This document shows, piece after piece, positions 11,701-23,700 of a DNA stretch of 64,000 bases. The notes under the pieces are model-generated. The model was not told the DNA's origin. It did no database searches and was given only the letters and a program-made list of their open reading frames with translations. Origin of the DNA: Callorhinchus milii (lineage: Eukaryota); assembly GCF_018977255.1 (NCBI RefSeq), contig NW_024704742.1, positions 94,552,001-94,616,000 of the forward strand, read 5' to 3'. The first letter of the stretch is position 1. Every line of letters begins with the position of its first letter. The position numbers and the translations under genes are program-made.

Positions 11701-14700
11701 CTAATGGCAATACTGTTAGAATGTCTGGTGAAATAAACTATTTGCTTATAAACAAAATTAATTCCCTGCACATTCTGGTGAGAAACCTGTAGGTTTAACT
11801 AGGTGCTTGGACTGTGTTTATTAATTTATATGGTTATAATTGTTGTTGAAAGTGTAAATAATCTCCCAGGGAAATAAAAGACAAATAATGGAGTTCTTGG
11901 TTAGGACTTGCCAAGACAATTGTATGTACATTTCCAGGCACAATAATAAATATATGGATTTGACATGCTACATTTGTGTCGGTATATTTGATATTTGCGT
12001 CGCATAACCTTCATATGACAATTTTTTTTCTTCACAAGAATAATTAGGATGAACAATAGAGTTGATCTGGTGGCACGTGCCCACAAGGTGATCTCACTGG
12101 GAGAGAAGCCTATGCATCGCTGTCTAGGAATTATGAGTGGCACAGGAGAGCGAAACAATAACTTTCAAAATGGGATATAAAAAAAAGCAGTTTCGATCAG
12201 TTGCTCCGATGCAGATTAAAAATATATTCTCCTCATCAAATGGAGATTCCCATTTCCGAGTACTCTGCTGCAATAGGTAAGTCACTGTGTATTGTATTAT
12301 AAAGATCTCTGTTTTGTTTGCCGCTCACCTTGAACTGCACATAGTGCACTGGTGGTGGAGTCAGAACACTGTTGAATGGAGCAAACCTATGCTCATATCG
12401 AACCTGCTCACTGTCCAGTTCAAATTTTGGCTTTCTTACTTTTCCATCCATATCGAAGGCAATCATAGTCTGTACCAAGCATTAGAACGGAAAAAAAACC
12501 ATTTAATTACACTAATTTCTAATTAATTGCAGCTACACAGGAAATAATCTTACAATTATACGTAAAAGAATATACAGTTTTAATTCTATACTTTTGTTGT
12601 AAAGGGAATGCAATAAACCTGTAAATTCTTTATGTGTAAATTTTCTATTGTGTAAATAAAAAGCCTCTGATAGACCTGATTCTCGACGACAACACTGTAT
12701 TTGTTTAATCTACGACATAATTACTATCTGGGACAGACTGTGTGGGGATGCAGAGCCACCAGCTGTTTGCAACATCCAATAACTATCTCATGTGGATGTC
12801 CTTGTCTCTCTCATGTGCCCACTTCATTCCAGACACAGGGACATTTCACATGTAGGTGGCGTACAAATGTGGAACTCTATCTGGTTTGGATACTCTTAAA
12901 CATGGTGATGTGCGTCTGCCAGACATGTGTCAAACACCTGGCTGGACAGAACAAAGGTTATGGTCAGGCAAGCACTCAACCATTCTCCGGGGGAGGGGAA
13001 ATGAGAGGTTGGGAGGAAGCCGAGGGACCTGCGAAGGACAAAACAAAGAGAAATATGCATCATATTTGGAGAGATAATGTATGTTGAGGACAAATGACAA
13101 ACCATTGTACCCATTTTTAAAATCTTGAATAAACTCCAGGGTATAAATAATGGTGCCCCTACCTCTGGAGTAGAGTAAGCAATAAGAGAGGAAGCTTCGA
13201 CTCTTCAATTTTCTGGGAAGAAAGACCCCGGTAACACCATTACTTTTGCCAATGTGCAGTTTAACATGTTGACTACTGTCTTGTGCACTTTCTTAAGAGC
13301 AGTGTTGGGTCAAAGTCTCGAGGAAGTTTCAAGCCTGCTCCAACTTGTGTATTTTAGGGAGACTTAGTAATGGTAGGGAAGAAAATAATTTTCCCCATTC
13401 TGCTGTGGGGGAGGGGAACAGAAAGAAACATTTTCCCTCTTCCTGGCTGCAAAATTCTGACTCGCTTTTCCTCTCTAGATCCATTGCATTGAATAACTTT
13501 AACCTGCCTCCGTGGTCTCACACAGAAAGAGAAGTTGCTCTTTGTTAGTTTGTTATAACAATCCTTGCATTTGATAAAGCACAAATAATGTTGAAATGTC
13601 TCAAAGCAATTCACAGGGGATGGTTAACAATCTTAGTGACTTTGTAGTCTTTTTTTGTATTTGTAGTCAAATGCACCAGTCAATTTGCACAAAGGAATGT
13701 ACCACAAACAACCATGAATGAACGACCAATTTACCTAAGAGTTGGCCTGGACATCTGGAGAAAGTTCCTTCTCTTTTGGAATATTGTCATAGATCTTTAA
13801 TGTCCACCTGAACAGGCAGATGAGATCTCAGTTTAATTCCAATGGAGCATTCCACGAGAACTATACTAAGCCCAGTCCAGGCTACTGAACATAGGTTCAT
13901 TAACACAATTTGACAAGCTGAACGGAGGCTGTGGTGTCTCTGAACTAGGGGAAGTGTCGAAGAAGAATTAGGGAGGAACGATGTCTGGGTGGTCTCTGTT
14001 GCTGCTCAGTGAATCCTCACCTTATACATTCCAGCACACATATTCTGGTAAGCCTGACTCATGGTGGTTTCTTTGTTCAGAGGCCGAACTGCATTTGAGA
14101 GAAAAAACATTTTTCAAGTGATAAAATTAATTCCATGTTGCAACATCAAAAACAACTGAAACCAGATTCATACGATTCGATGTCAGTAATAAAGTTGAAT
14201 AAAATTTGAATTTGTTTGAATGAAGTCTTTCCAATGAGATGAATGTCTATTTATTCCACCAGTCGCAAAGATTCAATGTAAAATGAGTTTGGCCTATGTT
14301 CAAAAAGTTGTATCCAGCCCATAGATACCAATTGCTGTGATAGCAGAAGGATGGAACAACATCTCCACTCATGTGATACAAATAGAAATAGATTTTCTTC
14401 AACACAGCAACCCAACACTGCAGAGGATTTGATTGCCAAATGGAGGATGTTTGCAATAAAAATCTGTTGAGCGCATTCTTAAAAGGCCAGATTCAATAAT
14501 GTAAACTAAGTTTGTGCAGGCAGCAAGTCCCTACCTTTCTTCTTCTTCTTGGTCTTTTTACTGCTGCGCCCTTTCTGTTGTTCCTCCACGATCCGCTCTT
14601 CTGCCATCTGAGAAGTGTCAGCACGGTTCAACGTAGACATCAGCCAAGCATACAGGAACTCTGACAGGTACCTGTAATCCAGTGCACACCACAAATTGTG

Positions 14701-17700
14701 AGCCCATGTAATATAAAGCACAAGGACCCACTGAACAGTATGGCAGCACCTATGGATGCACAATAGGAAATTTGCACACAGGATTATCAAGATTATCCAC
14801 TGAATATGTATCAGTATGATTTTTAAAAAATAAAGATTTAAACCAAAGCAGTTTTAATTTTTAAACTCATTTTGTACCTTTTGGGTTTGGAAAATAAAAT
14901 AAATTCTGGATTGCCCCTTTGAGATGATACAATACAACTTTACAAGACATGCAAGTATGCTGGAATGACTAGACTTAAAATTATTATGATTCCAGATTCA
15001 AATTTCATTGCTTTTGCGACAGAAGGGTCATAAAACACTCATAAAACGTGGACATTTCACCAAAATAAAGAGAGCCAAACCGATTAATTTACACATAACA
15101 AAGAACAAACAAAATGTAAATTGTGTTGTGTATTGCACATGCATAAGGTTTTACTGAAGAACAATTTATAAACGTTTTAAATATATGACATCTTATTGTT
15201 CAAAGTGAATAACAATTTGTTTGACATCAAACAAAAGTCATAGGTAAATGATCCAATTAATCACCAAAATCCTGGACTAAAACAATTCTAAATCTCTCAA
15301 AGGCAGCCCCTCCATCCAAGGAAACTAAAAATCAAGTCACCAGACAAAATCTTGCAATGCTGCCTGCGGTTATATTTAAAAATAACCATTATTTTCCCTT
15401 TACATGCTATTTTCTACCTCCTCGCCTTCATATGTAATCTTCATATCTCTTAGCCTCTGGAACTTCCTCCCTCTTCCACAAGAATTATCTGGACGAAGAA
15501 GGCTCTTTGACCCATCCGATCTCACCGACTCTACCGTCTGATCATCATTACATCCAGCTATTCAAATGAACCATTTTGTCTCGTCCTCTCTGTCTTTACC
15601 TCGCTGAACGCGCCTATGATCAGTTCCCCCCGCCTTGCTCAGTGTCCAACACCATAGCTGTGAAGTGCTACAAGCTGTTACCCTACATTAAGGACTCTAT
15701 AAATGCAAGTTGTTGTGCGCAAGTAAGATTCTTCAATAGGATGCATATGCCACCTCACTGAGCTAGTCCAGAACCTTTGTGTCTTGTTTGACCTCAACTG
15801 TCCTTTCTATCCCACATCCATGCCATGACTCGCTCTGCCTTCCCCCACCTCCGCAACATCGCCCGGCTCCACCACTCCACACGCCTAATAATAATCGCTC
15901 CAAAACAAAAAAAATTGGTCATTTTCAATCCACGACTGTTTGTGGGACACTGCTGTGCGCAATTGGCTGCCGTGTTTCCTCCACAAATATACGGTCAATT
16001 CACTTTACAGCATATTCTGTGAAGTGCTTTGAGACATCTAGAAGACGTGAAAAGCACTATATCAAATTCAAGGATTATTATTATTACTACCTCAACCCTC
16101 AGGCTGCCAAAACCCACATTCACATGTTATTACATGCTTGACTACACCAACTCCCTGCTTATTGGCCTTCCCAACTCTTCCCTTCACAAGCTACAGATCA
16201 CCCAGAACTCTGATGCTCATGTTCTCTCCTGCATCAGGCTGTGACCCCATCACCACCTTCACCCGGCTCCAATGGCTCCCCATTCCCCAGAGTTCAAAAT
16301 CCTCGTCCTCCCCTTCAAAGCCCTCCACAGCCTTGCTCCTTCCTACCTCTGTGATCTGCTGACATCATATTAACCTGTCTGCCTCCTCTGCTCAGCAGGC
16401 TCCGGCCTGCCCCACTTCCCCCTCCTGGCCCAACATCGGCGGTTGGGCCTTCAGCCTTACTGGCCCCACCCTTTGGAACTCCATCCCACATTCCCTTCGC
16501 CTCATTCCCTCCCTTGCCTCCTTCAAGGCACATCTCAAGACCCTACTCTTCGACTGTGCTTTTGGCCACCCTCCTACTCCTACCAACCCTGCCCTTCACC
16601 CTCCCTGATCCCAACGCCACTGCTCAGGACCAAATCCCAGAATGTACAGCGCTGTGGGACGTCCTCCCAACGCGAAAGGCGCTATACAAATGTAATTTTC
16701 TGTTGCATTGTAAAATTCTGTTTTGTGGGCACGTTCTACTGTAAGACATGGCCGTTAGAGGGCACTCTTTACCACATGTCAGCTGACGACTGGCCATTGC
16801 ACAGCAAAATCTCTTAATAGATATTAAGAACAGATTTTAAGGGATTTTAAAACTTTCCAGCATTTATAATAAAGTAAGAATGACAAGGCTCTTACCAGTT
16901 ACAGGAGATGGATCAAAAACAAATGAATCTATAAATTTTAGCATGCAAATAACTTAGTAAAAATGAAAATAAGTGGGTAATTGAAAAGTACTGTCTAGTA
17001 CAGAACTAAAAAAAGGCAAGCACATTCTTGTTTGTGGATACAAGTGACTTTAACTAATGATCAGATTATATAATGTATTCTAAACAAAGAAAACCAGTGG
17101 TGTCTTTGCATCCCCTCATTTCAAGCTTTAACCAAACTTAAAACAAGGCAAATTTCCACATGTATGCGGATGACATCCAACTCTACCTCTCTGCTTCCAC
17201 CCTGAACTCCAGGACTACTGGCGTCCTGACCGACTGTCTGTCCGACATCAAGTCCGAGGGCCAACTTTCTCTAATTCAACGCCAGTAAGACCGAGGTCCT
17301 CCTGATTGCCTCGCGCTAGCGCCTCCGCACTTCAAGCGCTGGCAGCATCAACCTCACTCAGCCAGTCAGGAACCTGGGTATCTGTTTGACCCTGAACTGT
17401 CCTTTCTCCCACGCATCCGCTCCATGACCGGCACTGCCTACCACCACCTTCGCAATATTGCCAGACTCTTGCTTCCTTCAAGGCCGGTCTCAAGACCTTT
17501 CTCTTCGACCGTGCCTTTTGTCTCCCTCCCACCTCTCTGCCTTCCCTCACCACTACACCACCCCTCCCCCATGCTCGGGCCCCAACACCTGACTGTTCAG
17601 CGCTTTGGGACATCTTCCCGACGTGAAAGACGCTCTATAAATGTAATTTTGTTGTATTTATTTCTCACTTTCTGTGATCACAAATCTTAATTTGGCCATA

Positions 17701-20700
17701 TTTCACCACAATGTTTAAAACAAGACATGTATTGAATGGGTTTCATTCAAAATTTATGGTTTGCAAGCATTGTCTGGAATCAATATACCTCAGCAGAAGA
17801 ATCAGACCAAACTTGTGACAGTCCAGTATTTAAGTTATATACTTATGTGAAACCTGCTGACGCAAAACGCCTCAAGAAGTACGCTGATTAAATAGTGTAG
17901 GTTTTACTTTATACATATTATTTACGTTGGATACAGAAATCAGCATCTACATGTTCTCACCAGTAGACGTAGTAGTACTCATGCATGCTGTACAGTTCCA
18001 ATTCAAAGCCGCTCAATAGGTACTGAACCATGATCCGAAGGTTATGATAGAGAATCCAAGTGCCTAAGCAGGCTAGATGTTGTCTCTGTGGCTCCTGCTT
18101 CAATAGCATGCTATGGAGTGCTGCATCCACCTTCTCAGCCTGTAAGCAGGAGATCACAGCCATAACACAGTGCTTCCGCTCACAATCTATTCTCTATTAC
18201 ACATTGTATGCTATGTAGCTCCACACTATTGGGCAAGAAGATTAAAACTTTTATTTAAATTTCTAGCAGCTCTCTTCCAAAGGAAATAAAATTGTAATCA
18301 TCAAAATTTTGTAATACATTCTGTGGTTGTCTGAAACAGCCATGACATCAGTTTCTCTCGTTCTCTCCAGTCATCTTCTCCTTCATCGGGTTTGAGGAGG
18401 AACTGTCAGAATGATAGGGTTCCGAGATTGCCATCTCTTGACTTCAATAACTGAGGGTGAATTTGCGATGTTGCTATGTGCTAATTAACACAATTTTAAG
18501 ACCTTGATATTTAACATTTTTGGGGATCAGTGTCTAATACATGTGGAAACCCATCACCGTACTTATGAGTTTCCAAACCAAACTGTAAGTTTGATATATG
18601 TATCCCACTTACACACGGACATTTCCCTTTGTCTGGAATGGAACACTCTCTCTTTCTTACGGGATTACGGAGTATTACTTGCATGTTGGCAAGAACCAAG
18701 GTTTGAAGACCCTAGAGTGTGTATTGGGATACCAGTGGAGTTTAACCAGCTAAAACTGCAGAGAGCAGTCTGCATAGACAGCAGTCTAGCAAGCTTCCTG
18801 CTGATTGCCTAGCTATGACCATCCTTCCTGTTAGATGGTTATCTTACACAGTTAACAGGAGTAGAGTGGGAAGAATCCCTGCTCCAAGTGCTTAGATTAA
18901 CATTGAAATATCTTTATGCTTTGAGATGTCCCCCAAAGTAAAAGGTGCTAAATCAAATCCAAGAGTTATTATTTATTCCTATTATATGTCAGGGAAGATA
19001 CCTCATCCTGTAAAGTGGCAAACTCCTCCAGAATGTGGCCCAGTTTATCTCTCTGCCGAGCCCTGTTGTGTCCATGGATCTGTATCAAGCTGCCAAATGG
19101 CTGTAAAAATAAACCAGCATTGAATTAAAAAGTTTTAAATCTGACACCAAAACATTCACCACAGCTCCATCTCGGGGTTTTTATAGCGTGGTAAAACAGC
19201 ACCCTTCACAGGTTACATATATATATATATTATATATATTAATGATGTGTTTGGAGTTTCTGTCATTCAGAATTCTGTAAGAGCTGGATAGGGAATATCA
19301 GTCTAATATAATCTATGTCTCGGCTCATGTCTGAAAATAGGAAGGATGCCATCTTTATCAATAAATTGTAGACTATAAAACAAGTCAGTCAGCATTATGA
19401 CCTCCAGCATTATGATCTTATTGCATTTGCCATCTATTGTGGAGAGCACAAACTGGTTTATTTTACCTACTATCCCTCAATATAATACTACACGTACACT
19501 AAAAGATAGAAAGATGCATTAAAAGATAGAACAATAGCATACAACACACAGAAGATTCAATGAATATTTAAATGAATGACTAAGTGCAATGCAGTGAATC
19601 ATATTAAGTTACTTACCCGTACGCAATGAGTAACAAATGAGTCAATGTAATCCTTAGCCTGGTGATTATTATAAAGGCAGCATCTGGAAATTACAAGAAT
19701 AATTTGTTTCCGTCCAATAATTTCTGAATATATACAAGCTTTTACAACCAGTTTATCATGTGCAAAAAATGATTGTACTTTGTAATGCTGGCCGACCTTA
19801 AAATGAACTTCCCAGCAACAAGTTAACACACTTGTTGATCTGCATTTTGATTCAAACAGTAACAAGGTGATCACCAAGACCGAGGCCCTCCTGATTGGCT
19901 CGCGCCAGCGCCTCCGCAACTTGGGCGCTGGCAGCATCAGCCTCCACGGCTGCACACTCAACCTCACAAAACCAGTCAGGAACCTGGGTGCCTTGTTTGA
20001 ACCTGAACTGTCCTTTCTCCCCCACATCCACACCATGACCAGCACTGCCTACCACCATTTCCGCAACATTGCCAGACTCTGCCAATGCCTCACCCCTCAG
20101 GCTGCCGAAACCCTCACCCACGCATTCATCACATCAAGGCTCGACTACGGGAACTCCCTCCTCATCGGCCTTCCCAACTCTTCCTCTTCATTCAACCCTC
20201 TGCAGCTCGTGTACTCTCGCACACCATGTTCCGTGACCCCCGTCACTCTTAACCTCACCCGACTCCACTGGCTCCCCATCCCCCAGATGATTGAATTCAA
20301 GATCCTCGTCCTCACTTTCAAGGCCATCCATGGCCTTGTCCCCTCCTACCTTTCTGACCTGCTGACTCCCTACCAACCTGCCCGCTCCCTCCGTTCAGCG
20401 GACTCCGGTCTGCTCCATGTCTCCCCCCCAACCCACCCTACCATCGGTGGCCGGGCTTTCAGCCTCTCTGCCCCCACACTCCGGTACTCCAACCCCCAGT
20501 TCCTTTGCCTCACTTCCTCTCTTGCCTCCTTCAAGGCTGGTCTCACGACCCCTTCTTTTCCATCGTGCCTTCGGTCGCCCTCCCACCTCTCTGCCTTCCC
20601 TCACCTCTACACCATCCCTCCCCCATGCTCGGGTCCCGACCCGACTATGCAGTGCTTTGGGATGTCCTCCGGACGTGAAAGACGCTATACAAATGTAATT

Positions 20701-23700
20701 TTGTTGTTGGCAGCTTTGAGAATTCTGAACAAGATTTTGTTTGTTATTGTTGATCCTCATGCTGGATGTTTATTGATATATTCGTAATTCATTTGTAAAT
20801 TCTGCAGGGAATTTTTTATACAATGTTTTATTTACTCTGAATTATTTGAGAAATCCTGGAACACACCCCCTCAATCCCTCCGCATTGCTCCCTCCTTCCT
20901 CACCTTCAGGTCTCGCCTGAAGACCTTGCTCTTCGACCATGCCTACGGTCACCTCCCTACTCCCCCCGGCTTGGCGTTGCATCCGCCACTGTCAAGCGCT
21001 CTGGGACACTCAACTGCATGAGGGGAGCTATATAAATGCAAGTTGTTGTTGTTACTCACTTTGATGAAAGCACTGGAGGACTGACAAAGTATCTCAGTGC
21101 ATCTTTTATCATGTCCTGCATTAGGTGTGTACCAAATACCTTCTTGTTGTCTACCAAGAAAGTTGCCTATAAAAAGAAAAGCTGTTAGAAATCAGTTTCA
21201 GTATGCTGCTCAGTTAATGTTTTTTTTAAAAGCACAAAATGACAAGGCTAAATTGTTTGTCACTCAAGACTGCCTCCACAAGCTGCAGATCATCCAGAAC
21301 TCTGCAGCTCGTGTCGTATCCCACACTAGTCTACGGGACCCTATCAACCCCACGCTTGTCTAGCTCCACTGGCTCTCCATCCTCCAGAGGATAGAGTTGA
21401 AAATCCTTGTCCTCGCCTTCAAAGTCCTCCACGGCCTTGCTCCTTCCTACATCTGTGACCTGCTAACGCCATATCAACCTGTCCGATCCCTCTGCTCGGC
21501 ATGCTCCAGCCTGCTCCACATTCTCCGCCCCGGCCCGCCCCACCATCGGTGGTCAGGCCTTTAGCCTCTCTGCCCCACCCTTTGGAACTTCATCCCACAG
21601 TCCCTTCGCCTTGCTCCTTCCCTTGCCTATTTCAAGGCACTCCTCAAGACCCTCCTCTTCGACTGCGCTTTCGGCCACCCTCCTACACCTTCACCCCCTA
21701 TCCTCCTCATCCCAACACCCTGCTCGGGTCCAAATCCCTGAATGTCCATGTCTTTGGATGTCCTCTCGACATGAAAGGCATTATACAAACCTAATTTGTT
21801 TTTGCTATACGTTTGTCTGAAAGCTTTTGAAACATCAATTCCAAGTATTGCATTTTGTTCAGCTTAATTGAAAAGAATTTTTCCATTTACAGATTTTAAA
21901 ATATGGCTATTGTATTCAATACAGTACCCTTGTTATATACACCATCTCATATTATTCCCAACAACCTCTGCTATATGTAATTTCACCGCTGATAGAACAG
22001 TTATTTAGTATAAACCAATATTGCCAGATAAACTGCTTTCTCAATGCCAAAGCCACGCAAGCATGAATTGAATAATGCCTTGGATTTACAACCCTACGTA
22101 CCTGTAACAGAGATCTAGAGAGTACACAAGGTGACTGTTCACTAAATTCACAGAAAAAGTCCTGCAATAATAAAAAACAAAATTAGAAAATCTTATTAGA
22201 AAAATAGAAGTATATTATGATGTACATTGAGGTAACAGAGCTTGAAATATCCTGAAGTTGCTGCTTGAAAAATTTCACACATAAGTCAAAATTCCCTATA
22301 TTGATTACCTTTCAATCATAAGCCATACATTTCCATGGTTCAGGAGAGAACCATAGATACTCATGGCTACACAGATGACCATTTATCTATCATGTCTGGC
22401 CCAGCAAAGATGCCTTTATCTTCCGGGGCATTTGAGGATACATTTTCTTTACTTTTTCTCAAAAGGTAGAATACAATGTTTAAAAGGACCATTTTATTCT
22501 CCAGAGAATGGATGCAGACATGAAGGTACACTGAACACGAGCGGTTTGGTGGTTGCTTCTTCTTTTTTACAAAAGGCTAAGTGTTCTGATTCTCAAACCG
22601 AGGCCTCATGACTAACTTTTAGCCTCAGCTGATTTTCAGTTGATGGCTGAATCGCTAGGTGGCTGAGACCACATTAGCCAGCTGCGGAAACACAGATAGA
22701 GGAATAGAGAAATTTGTGGCTTGTGATTTCTGACTGAGAAAAACGATGGTGATTGTGAGTAAATGGCATCAGCCAGGCTCAGTGGCAGCATTCTCGCCTG
22801 GAGTCAGAAGGTTGAGCTTTTAAGCCCCACGTCCAGACGAGGTTACATAGTCTAAGCTGACACTCCAATGTGGTGCTAGGGTGTTGAATTACTGGAAGTG
22901 CCGTCCTTCGGATGAGACATTAAACCAAGGTCCCGTCTACTTGTGCAGGTGAGTTAAAGATCCAATGGCACTATTTGAAAAGAGAAGGGAGTTTCTCCTA
23001 TGTCCTGATCCACATTCCCAAAATAAAACTGGCCATTCACTTCATGGCTGTTTGTGGGACCTTGTTGTGCACAAATTGGCATTTGCCCACAGATAGTTAC
23101 TCCACTTCAAAGTAAATCCTATGAAGTGCTTTGGGATGTACTCCCAACGTGAAATGCGCTATATCAAATGCAAAGATGATTATTATTATTATTATTATTA
23201 TTAAGTAGGCTGGATTACAAAACAACCAAAAATTATATATAAAAGTAATCCTAAACTTACCAAAATACTGTGCAAATTTGTCAAGTTGACAATCTCACAA
23301 ACCATTTTTATTCGCTCTATAAGTTTAGCAAAATAGTTGACCATATCTTCTCGTTTTATAATTTTTGCATAACGGGGAAATGTTGGAGGTAGCAATCGCT
23401 GATTGACAAGAGGCTCAAATCCCATCATTATCGGATGATCTATCAAATGCAAAATACAAATGTAAATTACTTTTCTGCATTGAAGCTGCAAGAGGAGTTG
23501 TGCATTAGTTTGATGATCTGCACCATCCACATTCAGTGGGTATCCCTCACTGGGCATTATTATTCTAAAATGCATTAAAATACAACTGTAGAATAGATTT
23601 TAAATGTTAAGCGACTTTGTAAAACTACACATATTGGCTATTAAGTCATTGAATTGGAAAAAATAAATCTTTGAGTGTAGATAACAAACCAAGCAGTTGG

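Noticed and set aside
18990..19001. U12-type intron (donor GTATCTT) in NAA35 intron 16
   Set aside because: The donor deviates from GTATCCTT and there is no TCCTTAAC-like branch point before the acceptor at 18140.
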